Shown here piece after piece: positions 23,763 to 37,060 of a stretch of DNA of 64,000 nucleotides (the first letter of the stretch is position 1; each line of letters opens with the position of its first letter). The DNA is taken from contig NC_043021.1 of NCBI RefSeq assembly GCF_006345805.1, positions 13,020,001-13,084,000 on the forward strand, read 5' to 3'. This DNA is from Octopus sinensis. Taxonomy: Eukaryota. A program made the translations under genes and the position numbers. A model generated the notes under the pieces. The model worked only from the letters and a program-made list of their open reading frames with translations. It was not told the DNA's origin and did not search any database.

Positions 23763-24035
23763 TTAGCAACTTTGTAGCGTGGAGCTTTCCTTGGGTTTAC
23801 CGTAAAGCATACGACGTCTTTTTCCGGATCCCGAAGAATTCCGGCTTGGCAGACTCCAACACATGGCAAAAAACAAAATCCTTTTTTTCATATTTTCTTC
23901 AGTGATAAAGCAATATTTTATCAAACGTTTATACTGATAAAAAAAAAATTGGCTCAAATATTGGTAGTAAAAAAAATTCGTTAAATTTCGATATGACCCA
24001 TTTATTTTCTTATAACGCGACATATGGCGGGGTTT
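23763..24035 (-). promoter_or_regulatory. Putative non-coding 5' exon / promoter of the uncharacterised gene, with a 33-aa uORF (ATG 23864, stop 23763)
   Basis: Non-repetitive, locally CpG-rich island upstream of the first coding exon. Candidate donors after 23801 (G|GTAAAC) and 23763. Not confirmed. Confidence 0.4.
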
Positions 24036-24167
24036 TAATCTTGCTGGAATTAACCTGAATTATATTTGTCCAATAAAAATTAAAAAATTGAGATATCGAT
24101 ATAATTTGTGGCAGTTAATGATTTATGATCGATATTTTTAATGTTATTTTCTCTTACGGCGGAAAAC

Positions 24168-24744
24168 GGGGCTAATGCAGTTTCGCACCTCTCCTTGAAA
24201 AATGCATTTTTTCGAAATAAAAGTTTTTCAGATTCCTACCTTTTAGATGTCGGAGATTACGAATATCATAAAAAAAAAATTACCCCCCCGCTTTAAAATT
24301 TTGAACTTTTTCGAAATTTTTCCCGTTTTAGATGACGGAGATTCCGAAAATGCAAGAAACCACGTTTTCAAAATTTTCAATAACCATATAGATTATGTGG
24401 GCATACAAAACTTTATAACATGAATTATTAAACATTGATGTTTGTTTCTCATAAAATGGTGTATATTCAATTTACATTAAATTATTTACGATTAATTTAA
24501 GGCAAACAAGTAAAAAGCTAATTCTTTTCACTTTAATGTTCTTGTCTGTATTTAATTTCCATTTGCATCTGTTCGTCAATTCGCTACGATCTCTTTAAAG
24601 TAAACAATAAAAAATTTAAATGGGGGGGGGGTGCGAAATAAAAAAGAAAATTATTTTTGCATAGTCATAATCTCGTAGGAATTCGAAAAAATTTTTTCAA
24701 AAACATGCATTTTTCAAGGAGAGGTGCGAAACTGCATTAGCCCC
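24168..24744. mobile_element. MITE with ~40-bp TIRs, GG termini and 8-bp TSD (Merlin-like)
   Basis: TIR GGGGCTAATGCAGTTTCGCACCTCTCCTTGAAAAATGCAT at both ends. TSD cggaaaac (24160-24167) / cggaaaat (24745-24752). Confidence 0.85.
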
Positions 24745-24771
24745 CGGAAAATCTTTCACACATCTCTTTTA

Positions 24772-25390
24772 TTCTTTTACTTGTTTCAGTCATTTGACTG
24801 TGGCCATGCTGGAGCACCGCCTTTTAGTCGAGCAAATCGACTCCAGGACTTATTCTTTGTAAACCTAGTACTTATTCTATCGAACTCTTTTGCCGAACTG
24901 CTAGGTTACGGGGACGTAAACACACCAGCATCGGTTGTCAAGCGATGTTGGGGGACAAACACAGACACATGCACACACACATACATATATACGACGGGAT
25001 TCTTTCAGTTTCCGTCTACCAAATCCACTCACAAGGCTTTGGTAGACGGAAACTGAAAGAAGCCCGTCGTGTGTGTATATATATATATATATATGTGAAA
25101 AGTCTGGCTGCATCCCAAAAAATATATTATGATATATATATATATATACATATATATACATATATATATATGTATATGTATATATTTGTGTGTCTGTGTT
25201 TGTCCTCCCCAACATCCTTGACAACAGATGCTGGTGTGTTTACGTTCCCGTAACTTAGCAGTTCAGCAATAGAGACCGATAGAATAAGTACTAAGCTTAC
25301 AAAGACCAAGTCCTGGGGTTAATTTGCTCGATTAAAGGCGGTGCTCCAGCATGGCCACAGTCAAATGACTGAAACAAGTAAAAGAATAAA
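24772..25390. mobile_element. Two 5'-truncated family A SINEs fused head-to-head (palindromic pair)
   Basis: Minus copy ~24772-25040 abuts plus copy ~25040-25390. Confidence 0.8.
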
Positions 25391-25465
25391 GGAATATATA
25401 TATATCGTTTGTAGAAAACATAAATCCGAAAGAAAAAGCACACTCTAAGGTGCAGAGCAGTATAT

Positions 25466-25730
25466 ATATAAAAAAATGGGGAGGACTTGTTTATGGGATT
25501 ATCTTAGGTTTGCCACCCATAAAGGGTTTAACTTTATGGTGTATCATTAGACTTTAAAAACCTGTTGGTCCATGACCTCTGAAAAATATGGAGGGAGGAA
25601 ATGCCTCATTTCCACTTCCATACCTTTAAGAGGTTATGAGCCAACAGGTTTTTGGGATCTGACGATATGCCATATGGATGGGAAACCTAAGGGAATCCCA
25701 TAAACCGGCCTTCTCCATTTTTAATATATA
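25466..25730. mobile_element. Fold-back MITE flanked by (TA)n
   Basis: Imperfect palindrome over its whole length, e.g. gtttatgggatt/aatcccataaac, cttaggttt/aaacctaag, aaaaacctgttgg/ccaacaggttttt. Confidence 0.75.
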
Positions 25731-25736
25731 TATACA

Positions 25737-25974
25737 GTTGTGTCTGAGGAGAGTCATTTTCTTTTTGTGCCTTATAATTTAACACACACACCAGTAAAAT
25801 TTCCACTTATTTCCTATTTTTATTTTCCTAAAATTTTCGTTGCGTCTTGCAACCTTTTCAATAGTTTTGACTCTTATAAGGCACAAAAAGAAAATGACTC
25901 TCCCCAGACACAACAGAATACTTCAACACACAAACACACATAAAGAGTCTTGCAAACCAAAGCCAAAAACGAAA
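25737..25974. mobile_element. Family P3 copy with inverted terminal duplication
   Basis: 25737-25872 matches 1896-2032; 25874-25974 is an inverted, extended copy of its start. Confidence 0.75.
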
Positions 25975-25985
25975 TATATATATAT

Positions 25986-26171
25986 AAATTAGAAAAACTA
26001 CTATTATGCAATTCAAACAATGATAGACGTAAATCATAATACTGTCTATTTATTATTATGTACTTTATTGTGATCTAGGTAAATGCTTTATCATATATTT
26101 TATTTTTTCTATGTAGTATGATTTACGTCTATCATTGTTTGAATTACATAATAGTGGTTTTTCTCTAATTT
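25986..26171. mobile_element. TIR element in a (TA)n tract
   Basis: ~52-bp TIRs aaattagaaaaactactattatgcaattcaaacaatgatagacgtaaatcata and its near reverse complement. Confidence 0.75.
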
Positions 26172-27691
26172 ATATATATATATGGCACATAAAAAGCACC
26201 ATCCGATCGTGGCCATTTGCCAGCCTCGTCTGGCACCTGTGCAGGTGGCACGTAAAAAGCACCCACTACACTCATGGAGTGGTTGGCGTTAGGAAGGGCA
26301 TCCAGCTGTAGAAACACTGCCAGATCAGACTGGGCCTGGCGCAGCCTTCTGGCTTCCCAGACCCCAGTTGAACCGTCCAACCCATGTTAGCATGGAAAAC
26401 GGACGTTAAACGATGATGATGATGATATATATATATATATTTATATTGTGAAATTTGATTTAATACTAAATTGAATTTTTCCCTGTAAGTTTGGATTTAT
26501 ACTCCCTAATATATATATATATATATTAGTAAGAGAAGGGATATAATATCCTGGCTGATACTGAATTCCTCTCAGTAAAAAGCCAAGGCTGGTTCCTTTT
26601 GATGGTGCATTTTTTGTTATATGACATTGCACAAAATGACTTTTTTTTTTTACACACCTGAAAATATTAACTACTAATTCTTTTGGATTTTGCAAAAACA
26701 GCTTAACCCCACCCTGTCACATGGCATTTATCTACATTTATCTTTAAATTTCAAAAATTACTAATGAATTTTCTGCACAGCGATGTCTGTGCTCATAATT
26801 CTCATTTACCTGGTGTGACGTGTGTGACAAAAATAGAATTGAGATTTTCAAGACAAAATATTTTCTGTGTTTCCCAAATAGTGTAGATCTGGAAGAAATT
26901 GTCCCAATATCAATATCTGTTTGAAAATGAAGCATTTCAACAGGTATATAATGATTTGTCTTCTGGGTATTCTAAAAATTTTCAAAAACCTGTTTTGGTT
27001 TACCATTCATAAGAACGACCCCATTTTGTCTTACTATAGTTGACTTTATATTACGTCAAACAACAATGAAGTCTTGAGATGCTATCTAATTGATTGTCCT
27101 GCCCACTCCTCCCTAAATTTGTGAAGCCATGTTTGTGTAAGACAGCAGTTCTCAACCGGGGTCCATAAAAGACTTTGTTGTTTATGAGTAATAAGTTGCT
27201 TATGGTTTTACAATACACAAAGTAGTGTTTTCTTTTATACGTTTCAGTCATTTTAACTGCAGCCATGCTGGAGCACCATCTTAAAGGGTTTTAGTTGAAG
27301 AAATCGACCCCAGGACTTCTTTATAAATCTAGTACTTATTCTATCGGTCTCTTTTGCTATAAAGACACCAAGTAATGGTGAGGGGACAAACACAGACACA
27401 AATATATATATTTAGACAGGCTTCTTTCAGTTTCCACCTACCAAATCCACTCAAGACATTTGTGGAAGGTGTCGTGCAGTGGAACTGAACCTGGCATTAT
27501 GTGGTTGGGAAGCAAGCTTTTTACCACACACCCACAATTCCTAATGTTTAATAATAAAAATACAAGAGGATTTTTTAAAACCTCAAATGGCTAGGAGGGT
27601 CCATTTGAGTAATATAAGAATCCATAGATAAAAAAAAAAATACAGTTGAGGACCACTGGTTTAAGAAGTCCTGATTATTATTTGTATTAAA

Positions 27692-27910
27692 GAAGGCGGT
27701 GAGGTGGCAGAATCGTTAGCACACCAGGCAAAATGCATAGCGGTATTTCGCCTGTTGTTACGTTCTGAGTTCAAATTGCACTGAGGTCGACTTTGCCTTT
27801 CATCCTTTCAGGGTTGATAAATTAAGTACCAGTTGAGTACTGGGGTCAATGTAATTGACTATCTTGCTCCCACCAAATTTCAGGCCTTGTGCCTATAGTA
27901 GAAAGGATTA
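27692..27910 (+). mobile_element. tRNA-derived SINE with Meta-type central domain (family C)
   Basis: aaggcggtgaggtggcagaatcgttag...gagttcaaat...gactttgcctttcatcctttcagggttgataaattaagtacc. Copies at 28920-29140, 52961-53120 and others. Confidence 0.7.
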
Positions 27911-28194
27911 TTAAAGTGCTGAGCTAGCAAAATTGTTAGCATGCTGAACAAAATGCCTAGTGGTATCTCTTCTGGGTTCAAATACTGCCAAAGTTGACTT
28001 TCTTTTCAAGGCTGATAAAATACAAATGAGGTGATGAAAAGTTCATGGCTTTAAGGGTATTGCAAAAGACCTTTTTGGAGGCCCAACCTTCTGAGTTCTT
28101 TTACAGGGCTTAGAAAAAACTGAAGCACTGTTGCAATAAGTGTGTGAATCTGAGAGGGGAATATGTTGAGTGAAACCATAATTAACTGATACCC

Positions 28195-28496
28195 TTATTT
28201 ACATTTGATGGATATTTGTCTTCATCTTGTTTGTTGTTAACACAATGTTTCGGCTGATATACTCTCCAGCCTATTTCAGGTGCCCTGGGAAATTTCGCAC
28301 CTGGGTTCTCATTCCTAAGATACTTTTCGATATTATTATTCTTCAGGTCATTGCCTGGAATCAAACTCGGAATCTTGGGGTTAATAGCCCGCACTCTTAA
28401 CCACCACACCATATGCCTGTGGGCATAACAACAAACAAGATGAAGACAAATATCCATCAAATGTAAATAATTCCTCATCTCTCAAATATAGAACTG
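28195..28496 (-). mobile_element. tRNA-headed SINE with hammerhead-like tail, 45-bp inverted duplication and 12-bp TSD (family P2)
   Basis: TSD TAACTGATACCC at 28183-28194 and 28497-28508. Perfect inverted arms 28195-28239 / 28426-28470. Minus-strand A box TGGTGTGGTGG and B box GAGTTTGATTCC. CTGAAAT-A-GGCTG..CAGCC-GAAAC core. It interrupts an older repeat. Confidence 0.8.
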
Positions 28497-30189
28497 TAAC
28501 TGATACCCCCTTTTTTTTTTACTCAGAACCAGGGACTTTTCAGCACTCCCTTGTAAATACTAGTTGAACCCTGGGGGTTGATGTAATTGACAAGCTGCAT
28601 TCCCCTAAATTTGATGCCTTGTGCTTACAGTTGAAAGTATTATTATCTGATTGTGGCCGTTGTCAGTGCCACCCCAACTGGCCTCCGTGCTGGTGGCATG
28701 TAAAAAGCACCATCCGACCGTGGCCATTTGCCAGCCCCGTCTGGCACGTAAAAAGCACCTACTACACTCACAGGGTGGTTGGCGCTAGGAAGGGCATCCA
28801 GCTGTAGAAACATTGCCAGATCAGACTGGGCCTGGTTTCCCAGACCCCAGTTGAACCGTCCAACCCATGCTAGCATGGAAAGTGGATGCTAAATGATGAT
28901 GATGATCATCATCATCATCAAGTTGGCAAAATTAAGCATGCCAGGCAAAAATACTTAGTGGCATTTTGTCTGTCTTTACATTCAGAGTTCAATTGCTGCC
29001 AAGGTTGACTTATGTCTTTCATCTGCTTTTGGGGTTGATAAAATAAGTACTAGTTGAGACCTGGAGCAGGGTCGATGTAACTGACTTATCCCCTCTTTGC
29101 AAAATTCTGGCCGTGTGCCTGCAGTAGAAAGGATGATTATTACCATCAGGACAGTAAAGTAAAGATGGTGATGACAGCAGATTAGTTAACCCTTTTGTTA
29201 CCAACCCGGTTGAAACTGGCTCTGAGTACAAATGCCTTGTTTTCATAAGTTCTGAATTAAAATCTTCCACCAAACCTTAGTCACAATTTATGTTCCTAAC
29301 ACTAACTGAATGATCACTAAGTTATTTTACTAAATTCTTTGTTATATTTAAAGTAATTGAAAGAAACACAGAGCATCTGAAAATAAATACAGTAATGAAA
29401 GGGTTAATCCTTTAATGTATGAAATTTAATCCCCCCTCCCTCCCATCTCTATTATTTACAGGTGCATGTCAATGTCAGAATTGTTTGCATGTTTTCTTTA
29501 CTTCGGTCATTAGACTGCGGCCATGCTGCAGCACAGCCTTGAGGAATTTAGTTGAATGAATCAACTTAGTACTTTTCTTTTTGAGCCTGATACTTTATCA
29601 GTCTCATTTGCTGAACTGCTAAGTTACAGAGACATAAACACGTGGAGGTGGGGTATCATCGCAGACACAAAAACACACAGACACATACATTTATGATGGG
29701 CTTCTTTCAGTTTCCATCAACAAAATCCACTCACAAGAGTCTGGTTGGCCCGAGGTTATAGAAGACACTCGCCTAAGGTGCCACACAGTCGGACTGAACC
29801 TGGGACCATGTAGTTAAAAAGCTACCTTCTTACCACACAGCCACACCTAGGGCTTTTTACCTGTACATGTTTCTTCAAATTACATCAAGACCAAGTTTGG
29901 TTTTCAGTCTTCCAAGGGGAAGGTAGTAATAAAAAATAAAAAGTACCAGTTGTGGCAGAGTACCGGAGACAGCTGATTGGTTGACAAAATCATGTGACTG
30001 CTCCTCACCCTATCATTTTTTTTTTTTTTTGATGTGAGGATTCATCACAACTCATTTCTAAACAGAAACATTTAGCCCCACCTTTGCCTTGAATAAACAA
30101 ATAAAGAGAAAACAAGAAGTATATAAATAAATAAATAAATAAATTTTAAAAAATTAAAAATAAAGATAAAAAAACATTTTTAAAACATG

Positions 30190-33100
30190 TTTTATTTATT
30201 TATATTTGATGACACCAGTATCTGGGTCCATTTGGTTTTAAAAGTTAGCATGCCATCAAATACAGGTAAAAGTTGTATAGATGTGTGTATGTATATATAT
30301 ATATACATAAATATATATATATATACCTACATAGATATATAACAATTCACCTGCATACATTTGTTATTTTAGATAATTATGAATTAGAATACAAACAATG
30401 TCATTGCTTACATTTAGGTTTGAAGGGGTGTGTGTATGCTTGTGTGTAAGTATGGATGGTTGGAAGTGTGTGTGCATGCATATTTGTTGTGTCAGTTAGT
30501 CTTTAAGAAAGGATTAAAATGGAAGATGGCTGAATAATAATAATAATAATAATAATAATGATGATTTGTTACAAAATAATAATTGTATAATAATCATTCA
30601 TAATTAGGAACAGCCGAAGTAAAAAAAAAAATTAAAACAAAAACAAAAAAAAACTACTAGCACTATCGTTCTTTCCAGAAAATTTCAGCGGATAGATGTT
30701 AGTAAGATGTTTTGTTTTTCAGAGAATTTGGTTCAGTCACATCAAGTGGTACCTCAGGGGTGTTTAGTGTAGCTTCAGTTTTGACTAACACCCCGTGTTT
30801 GATAGATGGAAAGCATACAGAGGAACCACTAGGAATTCTTTTACTGGTTTTAACCTATGGACTATGACCATACTGTAGCTCTGTCATCAAAGCATTTAAT
30901 AGATCATATCGAGTTCAGTACCTATTTCAGTCTGGTAATCATTTTATCAATATTCATTTGTCAAACTGCTTAGTGTTGTTACAAGACATAAAGAGACAAA
31001 TATGCCACACTGGTTTCTAGACTGGTGTAAATAGATAGATGCAAGATGTGTGCACACACACACATACACACTTCTGCAGTGCTTGTCTACCAAATTGCAC
31101 GCAAAATATTTTAAAAGAATTTACCTGAATACATAAAAATATACACTTAGTCTTGCCCTGCCTATAGATCCTCATGGTTGCACAACAGGGCTTCTTTTTG
31201 TGGAAAAAAAAAAAAACAGTTTCACAGGTCATTACAGCTCATCAGGAACTACGACTACTAGTAAAATAAATGCAATGAACCTGTAGTCTATTGTAACTTC
31301 TATACTTGCATACTAGCCTGAATTTTGACATTGCTGGTTACTGTTTATTTTAACTTTCTACACACACACACACACACACAAAATATGAACATTTTTGTTA
31401 TAGACCAAAATTTTATATGCTCTAAAATCAATTATATTTTATTTAATCAAATTAAATCAATTGTTTGCAAAACAACAATATTCCTTATACTAAGCAAAGT
31501 GCTAAGTCAGCAAATTTTCACCAAAAATTTAAATGCTAGTCTTTATTAAAAAGAGAATCTTGCACAGCCCGAATAGAACTCCTAAGATTTATCAGCAGAA
31601 CAGAAGCAGCAGTAAGCTATGCTTTGTCCAAAGATAGAATGAAGTAGATAATTCTAACGAGCTGTTAACGATTGGTAAAACTAGTGCGAGTTATTCTTCA
31701 AACCCATTTGCAATGAGGAGTAGGAGAGAAACCCACGGTTTCCTCAAGAGTCTATTAACACAGCAAGACTAAATGTATATCTATCAAATGTACTTGTGTA
31801 TATTTAGTTTTGAAATTATCCACAAGCACTCATATATACATACATACACACACAAGTGTGAGTACTGGCACAGCACAGACAAAAACCCATGCGAAAAAAA
31901 AAAAAAAACCTTTTCTTTTGTTTCGCTGGAGTTATGTCCCTTGGTGCCACACTTGACTTTTCTCTCGTCCTATCACAAACCATTCAATATCTTCATAAAT
32001 TTGTTATATTTAACCTTTAAGACAACAAGCAAAATTGTTCCAGTGTTATAGCAATAGAATGGTGGGTTTCTTACAAGTCGTAAGGTAGCAATCCAACACA
32101 ATATATGCAAAATAATACACCAGATTTATTTATTTATTTATTATTATTTTTTTTTAAAGTTTAATGAGGATGAATCTCTTATTTGTGAAGAGAAAATAAT
32201 GTAAGAGGACAGCAACATTGAAGATTAAGATTTAGAAACAAGACAAATTCCAAGATCACCCAGCTCCCTACCCCTCCTCTGCACACAAACATTTGGAAGT
32301 TTTTTTGTTTTTTTTTATGAATGCAACTAAAAACAAAATTCTGGGGAAAGATTCGCCAACAGAAAAAAAAAAAAGAAATTTTGGATGTTTTGAATAATAA
32401 TGATAATAGTCATAAATTTTGACACAAGGCCAGTAATTTCGAGGGAGCCATTGAACCCCAGTAGTCAACTGGTAATTACTTTGGCCCCTCAAATTGATGA
32501 ATGGCAAAGTCAACCTCAGTGGAATTTGAACTCAGAACAAAGACAAATGAAATGTCATTAAGCATTTTGCCAGCATGCCACTTTAATAAGGATTTCAAAT
32601 TTTGGCACAAGGCCAGGAATTTGGGGTGGGTGGGATAAGTCAATTACATCAACCCCAGTGCTCAACTGGTTCTTATTTTATTAACCTGGAAAGGTAAAGT
32701 CAACCATGGCCGCATTTAGATAATAATAATAATAATAATGGCTTCAAATTTTGGCACAAGGCCAGCAAATTTAGGTGAGAGGGCTAGCCGATTAGATTAC
32801 CCCAGTATTAGACTGGTACTCATTTCATCAATCCCAAAAGGCAAAATCAACCACAATGCAATTTAAACTTGGAGATTATAAGAAATACCACTAAGCATCT
32901 GATTCTTCCAGCTTGCTGCCTTAATACTAGTAAAGAATTGACAAAGAGGAGGGAAAGAAAAGAGAGAATGTTTATACCATTAAAGGAATCAATTTAATAA
33001 TCATAAGATGGGTTGGGGGAATGTTGCAGATAAAAGAAAATTAGAAAGCAATGACTTAAGCATACATAAATTAAGTTTGTGATTGTTGGTATGGCTGTGA

Positions 33101-34945
33101 ATAGTATAATAACACATCCTTTTGATATATATATATGTATGTGTATATATATATATTTTCATTCAATAAGCAAAAAGCTGATGTAATTTTTAAACTTTTA
33201 TTAATTTTTCTGGATTTTTTTTACAGAAAGAAAAGAAGCTTTATGTAAAATTTTTGAAGCAAGCAACAATCTTTTTCACATTTTTCCCTTTTTTTTTCTC
33301 TTGTATCTCATATATAAACTTCCAAGAGATGACTAGCTACGTATCCCAAGAGTAGCCTGCTCTGAGAGCAGGTAGAGTCAGAGATGACAAGCCAAGTATC
33401 CCGTAAATGGCCCACAAGAGCAAGTAGAGTTCGAGAGATAACAAGCCCAGTATCTCAAGTGTGCACCTCCCCACCAAGAGCAGCTAGTGTTAGAGACAAT
33501 AAGCCAGTTATCTCAAGAGTGGCCCCCAAGAGCAGACAGAATTAATTAGTGTAAAATAAACACCATGAAATATGTAAATAAATGTTGTTTTTTTTCTTCT
33601 TTGTTGAGACAATCACATGTGGAAGCAGAAAAGGAAAAAAAAAAAAATGGCACTAAAAGCAAAACTTCTCAGATAAATCATCATATTATGGTTTGGAATA
33701 ATATGATGGTTTGGAATAAGAAAAAAAAAAAAAGAGAAAGAAATGAGATCGTCTACATTTTGGTTCAAATTCGTTTGAAGTTTGTCTTATAGGAAGAAAC
33801 AAACACTGGCTGTGTACAGAACATTGCTGGATTTGAGTAGATAAAGTCCAACACTGCCATCTCCTCCAACATTGCCATACATCTGTCTCATACACATGAC
33901 CCTTAGTAACCCAACATCCCCCTGCCTTTTCTATTTTCAGAATGAAGGAGGTTTTTGTTTTTTTTTATATATATTTTAGTTGTAAAATAAAAGAAAAAGA
34001 GTTGTAAAATTAAAGAAAATAAGTTGTATGACAAAAGATCAAATAGTTTTAGCGTGGAAACTTCAGTATTTCTTTTAAATTTGAAGTTAGATTCTGTTTT
34101 AATAAAAACTGTGACAAGTAGAATATCTAACAGACACCTATCTTCCATGGACATGGTTGATGGTATTCATCATCCGTGCAGCCACCATGAACAATATCCA
34201 TTGTCCGCATATCCACTGGGAATGATGTCATTCACACAGCCACCACAAATGATATCCAGTTTCCCAACACACACAGGTTGGTAGACCAACTGCTGCCCTT
34301 AGTTTACCATTATCAAAAGGTACCACATAAATAAAAGAAATGGGTCAAATGTAGAAATAAGGGGGCAGGCGAAGCAAAAAAGTGTAAAAAACAAAAAAAA
34401 CTAATTTTGTGGTTTTCAGTGTTGGAAAGTTAGAGGTAGTGTTGGAACAATAAATTATTCCCATAATAAATGGCAAAACCAGAAATTTAAGTGAAGGAAA
34501 AACTCAAATTTTATCGACCTCAGAAGAATGCAAGATAAAGTTGACCTCAGCAGGATATTATGATAGTGTAAAGGAACATTAATTAAATACCACAAAGCAT
34601 TTTGTTTGCTATTATCATCATCATTATGGTTTCAAATTTTGGTACAATTCCAGGAAGTTTAGGAGAAGCTGGGAGGCAGGGGCGCCGATTACATTGCTCC
34701 CCCACTACTTCACTGGTACTTTATTTTATTGACCCCGAAAAGATGAAATGTAAAGTTAACCTGAGTGGTATTTGAACTCAAGTATTTGTAATAATAAGAC
34801 AATGATGAATAAATATTCCAGTGATTGTTTCAAAGAATTCAACAATGATAGTACTCCCATCTTGGTAATTGTAGCACTAATTAAATGAAGTCTCAGAGCA
34901 ATTAATGAAGCCGAGAATCAACTTTCCAGAAATGACCCATTATGT

Positions 34946-34991
<46 letters not shown>

Positions 34992-35861
34992 ACATGACCA
35001 ACCTGACTATCAGATTTTATTACACAATACACTTTGCACTGTTTCAGCATTTAAGTGATGCCACCCCTGTGGCCAGACAACAGGTCAATGCCATACCATC
35101 CACCCATCAAAAGGGAGACTGGAGAAATGTGAAGGAAGTGTTTTGCACAAAAAACAACGGTCTGGGAATTGAACCCATGATCTAGCAACCGTGAGTGCAA
35201 CACCCAAACCACTAGACCATGCACCATTCACTCACACATGCATAGAATATTTAATTCCAGTAGGTATTTAAAAGAAAACACACACACACACAAAGTGTGG
35301 ATTAAAAACACCCTATTAGAATATCTCCCCCACTTCCCAGCGCTAACTGGGGTTTTACTTAAATTTAGTTAGTCATCACTAATGTACATATGTGACACAC
35401 AGACATTCATGTATACACACAAACACATGGTTATTTCTGACCAATTTCAAACTGGATTTTCAATTGCACTGAACAGTCTGACAGTCAAAATAGCCCAAAG
35501 TTTCCACAAGAACGATGATTCGGCAAGTCTAGCTAACAGCGTGACAGATTGTCTACTCAAGTCCAGCAACTTTTTTTCCATTTTTTTTCCATTTTTTTTT
35601 TCCATTATTTTTTTTTTTTTGTTGGAGGGGAGGAATTTCATCTTGTTTATTTGTTTGTTTTATCCACTGCAACTCCAAACCCAAGAAAACCTGGTAAAAA
35701 GTTGCAAAAAGAGAACGTTTAATTAAAAAAAAAAAAAAAAAAAAAATTGGATGGTGAAGAAAATTACAATTGAGTTCTTTATAATTGTTGTTTTTAGTGT
35801 GTTGTTATATATTTTTTTTTTCCGTCTTTTCTTTGTCCACACCAAATAACAGGCAAACTGT
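30190..35861 (-). other. Putative long (~5.7 kb) Cdc42 3' UTR
   Basis: Largely unique, U-rich (minus strand) sequence after the stop. Ends in overlapping AATAAA motifs near 30191-30203, followed by a U-rich tract. The end point is inferred. Confidence 0.4.
33345..33540. repeat. Degenerate ~55-bp tandem repeat (3-4 units)
   Basis: Recurring caagagcag-tagagt-agagat-acaagcc-agtatctcaag. Confidence 0.7.
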
Positions 35862-36044
<183 letters not shown>

Positions 36045-37060
36045 CTAAACATAAGGTTCAGGTGTGGCTGAGTGGTAAGAAGCTGGCGTCTCAACCACAT
36101 GGTTCAGTCCCACTGCGTGGCACCTTGGGCAAGTGTCTTCTACTATAGTCTCGGGCTGACCAAAGTCTTGCAAGTGGATTTGGGAGGCAGAAACTGAAAG
36201 GAGCCTGTTGTATATGTATGCGTGTGAGTCGCCCATCACTGCTTGACAACTAGTGGTGTGTTTATATCCCTGTAACTTAGCAGTTTGGCAAAAGAGACTG
36301 ACAGAATAAGTACAAGGCTTCGAAAAATAATAAATCCTGGGCTTGATTTATTTGACTAAAACCCTTCAAGGTGGTGCCCCAGCATGGCCATAGTCTAATG
36401 ACAGAAACAAAGTAAAAGATGAAAGATAAGAGTATTAATACGACCAATGATTTTCTTTTGTTGTTGTTGTTGTTTAGACAGATTATCTAAATCTTCTTAA
36501 ATTAACAAGAGATCAGAATATGTTAAACAACCAGCTCAAGTAGCAATCAAACTGTAAACAATGAGGATTGCCCACCCATATCCACACACACACACACATA
36601 CACACACACAATCGTTCTAACGTCTACTTTTCCATGCTTGCATGGGTCGGACAATATTTGCAGAGGGAAATTTTTCTATGGTCAGAAGCCCCTTCCTGCT
36701 GCCAACCCGCACCCATTTGCAAGCAAGGTAATATTTCCCCTGGAGATGTTTCCACGGAACATTGGGGGGAAAAAAAAAAAGGACACTGCCTGTATGACGG
36801 TGACACTCGTTTACAACAATCATGCAATGGTGACACAGAAGCACTGATTCACATGCTCGCACATACGATGCCACAAAAAGACATGAAGATTATCCAAAAG
36901 AAAGATCTGGAGAAACTAAAGATAACCATCGATAACGCAGAACATCCAGCAGAACACACACACAGAAAAAAAAAAAAGTGGAAGGAAATCGTCCCTGAAT
37001 AAAGAGTACTTAACCCTTTTGATACTGTACTTATTCTGAGATGCTCTGCATTTCTTTTAA

